A stretch of 64,000 nucleotides of DNA. It comes from Phyllobates terribilis. Lineage: Eukaryota. The notes beneath the pieces were generated by a model that was not told where the DNA came from, searched no databases, and saw only the letters and a list, made by a program, of their open reading frames with translations. The DNA lies in the NCBI RefSeq assembly GCF_046119375.1, contig NW_027362761.1, forward strand, positions 754,726,001-754,790,000, given 5' to 3'. Shown here piece by piece: positions 25,192-35,743 of the stretch (within the stretch, counting starts at the first letter, position 1; every line of letters begins with the position of its first letter). The position numbers and the translations under genes were made by a program.

Positions 25192-25603
25192 GGCAGGTGG
25201 TCACGGCAAGTGACGGCAGAGCCTCCAGGTAGGCTAGCAGGCGGGTAGCAGGTGAGCGCTCCCAGGTGAGCGGGTAAGAGTCTCTCGGCTGGCTGGCAGG
25301 TGGTCACAGCAAGTGACGGCAGAGCCTCCAGGTAGGCTAGCAGGCGGGTAGCAGGTGAGCGCTCCCAGGTGAGCGGGTAAGAGTCTCTCGGCTGGCTGGC
25401 AGGTGGTCACAGCAAGTGACGGCAGAGCCTCCAGGTAGGCTAGCTGGCGGGTAGCAGGTGAGCGCTCCCAGGTGAGCGGGTAAGAGTCTCTCGGCTGGCT
25501 GGCAGGTGGTCACGGCAAGTGACGGCAGAGCCTCCAGGTAGGCTAGCTGGCGGGTAGCAGGTGAGCGCTCCCAGGTGAGCGGGTAAGAGTCTCTCGGCTG
25601 GCT
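25192..25603. repeat. Four 103-bp tandem units in the 5' LTR (two units at 19247-19452 in the 3' LTR)
   Basis: GGCAGGTGGTCAC starts at 25192, 25295, 25398 and 25501; the next start is at 25604. Confidence 0.95.
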
Positions 25604-26608
25604 GGCAGGTGGTCTCAGGCAGGTATCAGGCAGGTGCTTCCTGATCCGCAGGCGGACTGGTCCATAGACAGACTGGCGGATGCTGGTAGACAGACCGTCG
25701 GACCGCAGGGAATGCAAGCAGGTAGACAGAGCTGGAAAACAGACTGGCAACGGGACCTGAGGGCTGAAGCAGAGATGAAAGGCTTTGCAACAACTTTGCT
25801 CGGGCACCTCCATTTTGGAGGAGGTGTCTTATATATGGGAGCTCCACCGGCAATTGGCCGGGGACTCCTTAGGACGACGCGCGCGGCCCCTTTAAGAGGG
25901 AGGGAGTGCGCGCGCCCTAAGCACAGTGCCCGGGAAGCAGCGAGCGCTGCCAGCAGCGCGGGAAGAGGATGCCGAAGACGGAGCAGGGAGGTGAGGGGAA
26001 CGGCGTCTCTGCCTAGCAGGAGGCAGGGACGCCGACGCTACAATTACCAAAAAGACACATATTGGAATTCTATATTATTCTAGCCTAAGGGTACCGGCCC
26101 TGACTGGAATGATTTGGATCTGCTACATTAACCATCAGAGAGACATGGATACATTTTGGGGAGTCCAGGAGAGGACGAAGAAGTCACCTGACCCATAGAG
26201 ACATTTGGAGTTGCCAGGAGGGACCCACCGCTCGCCTGGCCCCATGGAAACTCTCGGAGAGGCCAGATTTGGACCCTAGGGTCTCCTGGTCTTGTACATT
26301 GATAGACTGATAGCTTCCTAAGCTTGCCGCTACCTCCTTTCTGTGGGGGCCTGCTGCCAGAAGCGGGTGGCCACTGGTTGAGGTAGTCAGCCCTGGAAGT
26401 CTCCAAAGTAGCGGCTGGCTGTTCTATCCCAGGTGAGTCAGTGAAAGGGTGAGACTGTGTAACGTTGTACCATCTTGGGTATTTGCTGGGACTGTTCTGT
26501 TTGTTTATTGTCCGCTTTGTGGTTCAATAAAGTATTTCTACGCTATTTAACCCTCAACCTGTGTTGTCTGAGTAGCGTTATGCCCACGGAAGACCCCGGG
26601 TCTTCACA

Positions 26609-26900
26609 TCCTCCATATAGTATAATGCACACCCCATAGTCCTCCATATAGTGTAATGCACTCCCCATAGTCCTTAATATAGTATAATGCACTCCCCATA
26701 GTCCTCCATATAGTATAATGCACTCCCCATAGTCCTCCATATAGTATAATGCACTCCCCATAGTCCTTCATATAGTATAATGCACTCCCCATAGACCTCC
26801 ATACAGTATAATGCACACCCCATAGTCCTAGATAGAGTATAATGCACACCCCATATAGTACATAAATATAATGCAAACCATAGCCCTCCAGTATTATGGC
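26609..26900. repeat. ~31-bp minisatellite, right part
   Basis: Same CCCCATAGTCCTCCATATAGTATAATGCA unit as 16250-16968. Confidence 0.93.
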
Positions 26901-27105
26901 CACCACAATGTACTGTACAAACTGATTTAAAAAAATAAATACAATTCTCACCTCTCCTCGTTCCCCCGCTGCTCCAGTCTCTGCAGCGTGTCTCCTCAGC
27001 AGCTCCACAGCCCACAGCGTGGCGCAACGAAGTGAGGTCATCGAGCCTGCTAGCTGAGGCGCCAACAACTGATAACGACTGTAAAAAATATATATACTGC
27101 ATATA

Positions 27106-28699
27106 CAGTACAGACCAAAAGTTTGGACACACCTTCTCATTTAAAGATTTTTCTGCATTTTCATGACTATGAAAATTGTACATTCACACTGAAGGCATCA
27201 AAACTATGAATTAACACATGTGGAATTATATACTTAACAAAAAAGTGTGAAACAACTGAAAATATGTCTTATATTCTAGGTTCTTCAAAGTAGCCACCTT
27301 TTGCTTTGATGACTGCTTTGCACACTCTTGGCATTCTCTTGATGAGCTTCAAGAGGTAGTCACCGGAAATGGTCTTCCAACAATTTTGAAGGAGTTCCCA
27401 GAGATGCTTAGCACTTGTTGGCCCTTTTGCCTTCACTCTGCGGTCCAGCTCACCCCAAAGCATCTCGATTGGGTTCAGGTCTGGTGACTGTGGAGGCCAG
27501 CTCATCCGGCGTAGCACCCCATCACTCTCACTCTTGGTCAAATAGCCCTTACACAGCCTGGAGGTGTGTTTGTGGTCATTGTCCTGTTGAAAAATAAATG
27601 ATGGTCCAACTAAACGCAAACCGGATGGAATAGCATGCCGCTGCAAGATGCTGTGGAAGCCATGCTGGCTCAGTATGCCTTCAATTTTGAATAAATCCCC
27701 AACAGTGTCACCAGCAAAGCACCCCCACATCATCACACCTCCGCCTCCATGCTTCACGGTGGGAACCAGGCATGTAGAGTCCATCCGTTCACCTTTTCTG
27801 CGTCGCACAAAGACACAGTGGTTGTTACCAAAGATCTCAAATTTGGACTCATCAGACCAAAGCACAGATTTCCACTGGTCTAATGTCCATTCCTTGTGTT
27901 CTTTAGCTCAAACAAGTATCTTCTGCTTGTTGCCTGTCCTTAGCAGTGGTTTCCTAGCAGCTATTTTACCATGAAGGCCTGCTGCACAAAGTCTCCTCTT
28001 AACAGTTGTTGTAGAGATGTGTCTGCTGCTAGAACTCTGTGTGGCATTGACCTGGTCTCTAATCAGAGCTGCTGTTAACCTGCGATTTCTGAGGCTGGTG
28101 ACTCTGATAAACTAATCCTCAGAAGCAGAGGTGACTCTTGGTCTTCCTTTCCTGGGGCAGTCCTCATGTGAGCCAGTTTCTTTGTAGCGCTTGATGGTTT
28201 TTGCAACTGCACTTGGGGAAACTTTCAAAGTTTGCCCAATTCTTCGGACTGACTGACCTTCATTTCTTAAAGTAATGTTAGCCACTCGTTTTTCTTTACT
28301 TAGCTTTTTTCTTGCCATAATACAAATTCTAACAGTCTATTCAGTAGGACTATCAGCTGTGTATAAACCAGACTTCTGTACAACACAACTGATGGTCCCA
28401 ACCTCATTTATAAGGCAAGAAATCCCACTTATTAAACCTGACAGGGCACACCTGTGAAGTGAAAACCATTTCCGGTGACTACCTCTTGAAGATCATCAAG
28501 AGAATGCCAAGAGTGTGCAAAGCAGTCATCAAAGCAAAAGACATCAGTTGTTTCACACTTTTTTTTGTTAAGTATATAATTCCACATGTGTTAATTCATA
28601 GTTTTGATGCCTTCAGTGTAAATGTACAATTTTCAAAGTCATGAAAATACAGAAAAATCTTTAAATGAGAAGATGTGTCCAAACTTTTGGTCTGTACTG
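27106..28699 (-). mobile_element. Tc1 transposon family A, copy 2
   Basis: TA-flanked, same TIR as 10628; transposase pieces 28112-28318 (MARKKLSKEKR) and 27269-27865 ([25 protein letters not shown]). Confidence 0.96.
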
Positions 28700-28777
28700 T
28701 ATGGTTGAACCTCAGATATATTATGTCGAGGTGTTACCTACCTTTGCTCTTTTCTGCCTGTTTTACAACATTTAGAG

Positions 28778-28963
28778 CAGTGCTCCCCAACTCCAGTCCT
28801 CAAGGCCCACCAACAGGTCATGTTTTCAGGATTTGCTTACTATTGCACAGGTGATGGAATTATTACCTGTGCAGGTGATGGAATTATCACCTGTGCAATA
28901 CTAAGGAAATCCTGAAAACATGTCCTGCTGGTGGGGCTTGAGGACTGGAGTTGGGGAACCGTG
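28778..28963. mobile_element. Palindromic hAT (Charlie-type) MITE, 186 bp
   Basis: 8-bp TSD ATTTAGAG (28770-28777, 28964-28971); TIR CAGTGCTCCCCAACTCCAGTCCTCAAG with its inverse; nearly fully palindromic. Confidence 0.9.
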
Positions 28964-29182
28964 ATTTAGAGCAGCAATCAAAGGGTTTTGTGAAAATCTT
29001 GATCCCTAAATAAGGGGCCTAACCCAGACACCTTTTAGCAAAATATTAAAATGGAATATCATGGGGGAGTGCAATTCCATGACTGGTGCCAAAGAAGGAA
29101 ATGAGTTACAAAAAATACACTTGGGCTGCTTGTGTTGGTGCTATCAAGTATTATTTTACTATTTCTAGTGAGAACTCTTTAA

Positions 29183-29450
29183 AGGGAACCTGTCACCTGA
29201 AATAACACTATTAACCTGCAGATATGGGGTTAATCTGCAGGTTAATAGAGTTATTATGCTGCCTTGCGCCTGCACGCAGCCGAATAGAGCGGGGACAAAA
29301 TTAACTTTATTCTCCCTGCCAGCATTCGGTTTCAGTCATGCGGTGGGAGGCGCCGCGGGTTCAGTCATCGCTGAGAATACAATGATTGAACCTGCTATTG
29401 ACCTGCAGATTGACTGCATATCTGCAGGTTTAGGCCGGGGTCCCACTAGT
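29183..29450. mobile_element. Left end of a T2/Kolobok-type TTAA MITE
   Basis: TTAAAGGGAACCTGTCA terminus (also at about 36055) with internal AACCTGCAGAT...ATCTGCAGGTT hairpins; right end not located. Confidence 0.5.
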
Positions 29451-30189
29451 GTATGGCATCTGACGCGAGAGCATCGGATGCGATATGCTAATGACATTCG
29501 GCTGCCGCTCTGCTGCTAGAGGGAGCTGAATGTCAGTGCTCCGTGCTCCGATCTTCTAGCACAGAGAGGATCGCAGCACAGCTGCGGAGGAGACAGAGAA
29601 ATCAATTTCTCCATCTCCTCTGTTGCTGGCATTACTGTTTGTAATCAATCAAAATCACACTTTATGAATGTTTTAACCTTGTGACTGGAAGTCCGAGGTA
29701 ACGGTCACAAGCAGCTGGTGAGTGCATGCTTTTTATTTCACGGCTGAGGTTGTGCTTCTAATCTAAATTCTCTGCCCGTATTGTACTTAACAGCCGTCAT
29801 CTTCATATTTTATCAGTGCTGCTCTCAGGGCCGGCGTCACCACCCGGGCAAATGCCGGGGCCCTGAGCAAGCGGGGGGGACACTAGCCGTCGGTGACACC
29901 GGCATGCAATTTGGCCCCGAGTGGGCTCCCCCCCGCTTGCTCAAGGCCCCGGCACTTGCAATACTTACCTCTCCCTGTTCCTCCGCAGCTCTGGTGTTTT
30001 CTGACTCTGTGACGTCTCAGGACAGAGGGCGCGATGACGTCACTGCAGAAAGCCCACTGATCTGAGCAGTCATAATGCAGAGATATGGAAGACTGCGACG
30101 CTGAGGAGTCCAGACCAGAGCAGAGACCAGCGAGGTGAATGTTACCTCTGATTTTAGGTCAGCCAGAAGTTGTGGTCACAAGAGGGGGG

Positions 30190-32060
30190 ACAAGTGACAT
30201 CCTGCATGGGCATTATATGGGAGTGGGGAAGGTGACATCCTGTATGGGGCATTATATGGGGGGGAACAAGTGACATCCTCCATGTGGCAGTATATGAGTG
30301 GGGGAACAAGTGACAGACATCCTGCATAGGGCATCATAAGGGGGGGGGGTGGCATCCTGCATGGGGCATTATATGGGGGGGAAGTGACATACTGCATGGG
30401 GCATTATATGGGGGGGAAGTGACGTCCTGCATGGGGCATTATATGGGGGGAGTGACATCCTGCATGGGGCATTATATGAGGGGAGAGGTGATATCCTGCA
30501 TGGGGCATTACATGGAGAAGTGACATCCTGCATGGGGCATTATATGGGGGGTAGGTGACATCCTGCATGGGGCATTATATGGGGGGGGAGTGACATCCTG
30601 CATGGGGCTCTATATGGGGGGGGGTAGTGACATCCTGCATGGGGCATTATATGGGAGGAAGTGACATCCTGCATGGGGCATTATATGGGGGGGAATTGAC
30701 ATCCTGCATGGGGCATTATATGGGGGAGAAGCGACATCCTGCATGGGGCATTATATGGGGGGGAGAGAGAGGTGACATCCTGCATGGGGCATTATATGAG
30801 GGGGGAAGTGACATCCTGCATGGGGCATTATATGGGGGGAAAGGTGACATCCTGTATGGGGCATTATATAGGGGAGAAGTGACATCCTGCATGGGGCATT
30901 ATATGGGGGAGGGGGGAGTGACATCCTGCATGGGGCATTATATGGGGGGGAAGTGACGTCCTGCATGGGGCATTATATGGGGGGAAGTGACATCCTGCAT
31001 GGGGCATTATATGAGGGGAGAGGTGACATCCTGCATGGGGCATTATATGGAGGAAAAGTGACATCCTGCAGGGGCATTATATGGGGGGAGAGGTGACATC
31101 CTGCATGGGGCATTATATGGGGGGGGGGAGTGACATCCTGCATGGGGCTCTATATGGGGGGGAGTGACATCCTGCATGGGGCATTATATGGGGGGAAGTG
31201 ACATCCTGCATGGGGCATTATATGGGGGGGAAGTGACATCCTGCATGGGGCATTATATGGGGGAGAAGTGACATCCTGCATGGGGCATTATATGGGGGGG
31301 AAAGGTGACATCCTGCATGGCGCATTATATGGGGGGAGTGACATCCTGCATGGGGCATTGTATGGGGGAGAAGTGACATCCTGCATGGGGCATTATATGG
31401 GGGGGAGTGACATCCTGCAAGGGGCTCTATATGGGGGAGGGGAAGTGACATCCTGTATGGGGCATTATATCGGGGAAGTGACATCCTGCATGGGGCATTA
31501 TGTGGGGCCAGTATCCTCTATGGAGCATTATATGGGGGCCAGTATCCGGTATGGAGCATTATATGGGGACCAGTATTCTGCATGGAGCATTATATGGGGT
31601 TCATTATTCTGTATGAAGCGTTATATGGGGACCAGTATTCTGTAGGAAGCGTTATATGGGGACCAGTATTCTGTATGGAGCATTATATGGGGACCAGTAT
31701 CCTGTATGGAGCATTATATGGCAACCAGTATCCTGTATGGAGCATTATATGGGGACCAGTATTCTGTATGGAGCGTTATATGGGGACCAGTATCCTGTAT
31801 GGAGCGTTATAAGGGGGCCAGTATCCTCTATGGAGAATTATACGGGGACCAGTATCCTGTATGGAGCATTATATGGGGGTCAGTATTCTGTATGGAGCGT
31901 TATATGGGGACCAGTATTCTGCGTGGAGCAATATATGGCGCCCATAATATTGTATGGAGGACTATGTGGTGCCCATATTACTGTACGGAGGACTATGTGG
32001 GGTCATTATTCTGTATGGAGCAATATATGGGGCCCATAATACTGTATGGAGGACTATATT
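30190..32060. repeat. Compound G-rich minisatellite (~33-bp GTGACATCCTGCATGGGGCATTATATGGGGG, then ~31-bp GGACCAGTATTCTGTATGGAGCATTATATG)
   Basis: Tandem units visible throughout; unit type switches near 31500. Confidence 0.96.
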
Positions 32061-33269
32061 GTCCGGTCTGCACTGTGCACTGCGAGGATTCGCCGGTTTC
32101 TGAGCTATTGTAGAATTTACAATAGATATCGCTCATGTAATTTAAGAAGTGAAATCTTCGGCATTGTACTATATATATTTCTGTGCGGTATCTGTGCATC
32201 ATGAATCGTGTATGTGTTAAAGGGGCCCACTGAGACTCTTTCGCCCGGGGCCCACAAAAACCTTGAGCTGGCCCTGATTTTGAGGTATGAGTTGAAGTTT
32301 TGAATGTCTCCATTGAATTTACCATTCATTGTACTTGAAAACGGCGGTGAAATTGTAAAGAATGCAATTCCGAAATTGTTTTTTTCTTTACATTATCCAT
32401 TGAATGGTAAAAAATAACTTATCAAAATGCTTTCTAGGTTGGTACAATTACAGCGATATCAAACTTGTAGTTTTTTTTTCCTGAAGGGGTAAAAAAATTC
32501 AGAAATTGGTAAAAAAAATAGTTTGCTTGTGTCGCTGTTTTCCAAGAGCTGTAATATTCTCATTTTTCGGTGGATGGTGATGTGTGATTGTTCTTTTGTG
32601 TGGAGAGCTGCTGTGTTTGTTGACACCATTTTGGGGAAGATAAGATGCTTTGTTTCTTGTTGCATTTACTGAAAAAAATGCAATTCTGGGGTTTCCAATC
32701 TCATTTCTATTAACGGCATTTACCAATCACGTTAATTTGTTCTATATTTTCATGGACTGGACCTCTATGGACATGGTGATACCAAATTTTTCTTTAGGAC
32801 CAGGTCTGTGTGTGGTGGGGGTGATTCAAGTTTTATGTTGTTTTTAAAAACATTTTTTTTAATTTCTTTATTCCCCATATAGATATATAGTAAAAGTTCT
32901 GGTTTCCTATGAAGCCCCAGAGGTACCACCACGGACGGCGAGTGCTTTCAGGACCCCCGGCTGTCATGGCCACCTATCGGCGGACCGCCATCACAATGAT
33001 TGCAGAATATTGGAGCAGACCCCGCCGGTACGGATGTGCATGGTTCTTCCCTGAGTAGACATGTTCTTCAGGCTATATGAGGGGCTTCTTATGAAGGAAG
33101 GAGGGATTTATGAGCTGTTGTTCACCTTTCTTATCTTTTACAACTCGTTCACTTTCCCGCCACTGAATCCACCTGTCCTACTAATAAGCCTGTAGCTGGT
33201 CCTCAAGGAGCAAGGAGTTTAGTCACAACACTGCCCTGCGTCATAACGAGCCACTTATACAGACTGAAT

Positions 33270-33560
33270 AAGGAAAATGGCCGCTCAGGGAAGAACTGCT
33301 GCCGCCCCTGACATTACACATCTGCAGTTCGGCACGTCTGTAACTGCTGCGCCTGCTCAGGCTCCCGGCGATCATTGCGTTTCACCCTTGAACACAAGCC
33401 AGCAATGAGGAGACGGAGTCTGGTGACGTCATCTACGCATGCTCAGTCTTCATCTGGCGAGAGCGAGCTGCTCGGAGGTTGTATTCCTGGCGCAGTGGAT
33501 ATATATATAATACAGGCCATGAGAGAGGGCGGCCAGTCTGAAGAGCTCAAGGTAATAATG
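33270..33560 (+). promoter_or_regulatory. CpG-rich candidate promoter and first exon
   Basis: AAAATGGCCGC (YY1-like) at 33274-33284, TGACGTCA (CRE) at 33424-33431, TATATATAA near 33500, GCCATG at 33519, AAG|GTAATA at 33551/33552. Motif evidence only. Confidence 0.3.
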
Positions 33561-33661
33561 GAGGCCGGTGATACCGCTACAAGGCCTTCTTATAGAGCAA
33601 CTACTAGGAGCGGGGAATAATGGCCGCCAGTGTCCAGCCCAGTATAAATGCTGGTGATATG

Positions 33662-35743
33662 AAAGGGGTTTCTCCACTACTGGACAGACCCGGCCTAAAG
33701 GGGTTCTCTGCCACTGGACAGACACCAGCCTAAAGGGGTTCTCTGCCACTGGACAGACACCAGCCTAAAGGGGTTCTCTGCCACTGGACAGACACCAGCC
33801 TAAAGGGGTTCTCTGCCACTGGACAGACACCAGCCTAAAGGGGTTCTCCGTCACTGGACAGACACCAGCCTAAAGGGGTTCTCCGTCACTGGACAGACAC
33901 CAGCCTAAAGGGGTTCTCCGCCAGTGGTCAGACCCAGCCTAAAGGGGTTCTCCGCCAGTGGACAGACCCAACCTAAAGGGGTTCTCTGCCAGTGTACAGA
34001 CCCAACCTAAAGGGGTTCTCCGCCAGTGGACAGACCCAGCCTAAAGGGGTTCTCCGCCAGTGGACAGACCCAGCCTAAAGGGGTTCTCCGCCACTGGACA
34101 GACCCAGCCTAAAGGGGTTCTCTGCCAGTGTACAGACCCAGCCTAAAGGGGTTCTCTGCCAGTGTACAGACCCAGCCTAAAGGGGTTCTCCGCCAGTGGA
34201 CAGACCCAGCCTAAAGGGGTTCTATGCCAGTGGACAGACCCAGCCTAAAGGGGTTCTCCGCCAGTGTACACACCCAGCCTAAAGGGGTTCTCCGCCAGTG
34301 GACAGACCCAGCCTAAGGGGTTCTCCGCCAGTGGACAGACCCAGCCTAAAGGGGTTCTCCGCCACTGGACAGACCCAGCCTAAAGGGGTTCTCCGCCACT
34401 GGACAGACCCAGCCTAAAGGGGTTCTCTGCCAGTGTACAGACCCAGCCTAAAGGGGTTCTCCGCCACTGGACAGACCCAGCCTAAAGGGGTTCTCTGCCA
34501 CTGGACAGACACCAGCCTAAAGGGGTTCTCCGCCACTGGACAGACCCAGCCTAAAGGGGTTCTCCGCCACTGGACAGACACCAGCCTAAAGGGGTTCTCC
34601 GCCAGTGGTCAGACCCAGCCTAAAGGGGTTCTCCGCCAGTGGACAGACCCAGCCTAAAGGGGTTCTCCGCCAGTGGACAGACCCAGCCTAAAGGGGTTCT
34701 CCGCCAGTGTACAGACCCAGCCTAAAGGGGTTCTCCGCCAGTGGTCAGACCCAGCCTAAAGGGGTTCTCCGCCAGTGGTCAGACCCAGCCTAAAGGGGTT
34801 CTCCGCCAGTGGACAGACCCAACCTAAAGGGGTTCTCTGCCAGTGTACAGACCCAGCCTAAAGGGGTTCTCTGCCAGTGTACAGACCCAGCCTAAAGGGG
34901 TTCTCTGCCAGTGGACAGACCCAGCCTAAAGGGGTTCTCTGCCAGTGGACAGACCCAGCCTAAAGGGGTTCTCTGCCAGTGGACAGACCCAGCCTAAAGG
35001 GGTTCTCTGCCAGTGGACAGACCCAGCCTAAAGGGGTTCTCCGCCACTGGACAGACCCAGCCTAAAGGGATTCTCTGCCACTGGACAGACACCAGCCTAA
35101 AGGGGTTCTCCGCCACTGGACAGACACCAGCCTAAAGGGGTTCTCCGCCAGTGGTCAGACCCAGCCTAAAGGTGTTCTCTGCCAGTGTACAGACCCAGCC
35201 TAAAGGGGTTCTCTGCCAGTGGACGGACCCAGCCTAAAGGGGTTCTCCGCCAGTGAACGGACCCAGCCTAAAGGGGTTCTCCGCCAGTGAACGGACCCAG
35301 CCTAAAGGGGTTCTCCGCCAGTGGACACACCCAGCCTAAAGGGGTTCTCCGCCAGTGGACACACCCAGCCTAAAGGGGTTCTCCGCCAGTGGACACACCC
35401 AGCCTAAAGGGGTTCTCCGCCAGTGGACACACCCAGCCTAAAGGGGTTCTCCGCCAGTGGACACACCCAGCCTAAAGGGGTTCTCTGCCAGTGTACAGAC
35501 CCAGCCTAAAGGGGTTCTCTGCCAGTGGACGGACCCAGCCTAAAGGGGTTCTCCGCCAGTGGACGGACCCAGCCTAAAGGGGTTCTCCGCCAGTGGACGG
35601 ACCCAGCCTAAAGGGGTTCTCCGCCACTGGACGGACCCAGCCTAAAGGGGTTCTCCGCCACTGGACGGACCCAGCCTAAAGGGGTCCTCTGCCACTGGAC
35701 GGACCCAGCCTAAAGGGGTTCTCCGCCACTGGACAGCCCCTTC
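33662..35743. repeat. 34-35-bp tandem satellite, about 60 copies (CAGCCTAAAGGGGTTCTCCGCCAGTGGACAGACC)
   Basis: Head-to-tail units with no unique spacers. Confidence 0.98.

Larger units (their letters stand above)
19037..26042 (-). mobile_element. Full-length sushi-like Ty3/Gypsy chromovirus, minus strand
   Basis: LTRs 24974-26042 (5') and 19037-19873 (3'), TG...CA ends, TSD ATTAC (19032-19036, 26043-26047), PPT next to 19874, gag/PR/RT/RH/IN/chromodomain. Confidence 0.98.
16969..26608 (+). mobile_element. Non-autonomous LTR retroelement with ~1-kb LTRs and a 565-bp internal region; 3' LTR interrupted by a Gypsy
   Basis: LTR1 16969-18017 (TGTGA...TCACA); LTR2 18583-19036 plus 26048-26608; TSD TCCTC (16964-16968, 26609-26613); PBS at 18021-18038; PPT AAGATTAGGGGAGGAA at 18567-18582; AATAAA at 17935. 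Confidence 0.92.

Noticed and set aside
29826-32277. One Harbinger-type MITE spanning the minisatellite (CAGGGCCGGC...GCTGGCCCTG)
   Set aside because: The terminal match is short and the flanks do not give an identical TSD; the ends may belong to different elements.
33662-35743. CRISPR-like periodic 34-bp array
   Set aside because: Units are head-to-tail with no unique spacers, there are no cas genes, and the context is eukaryotic.
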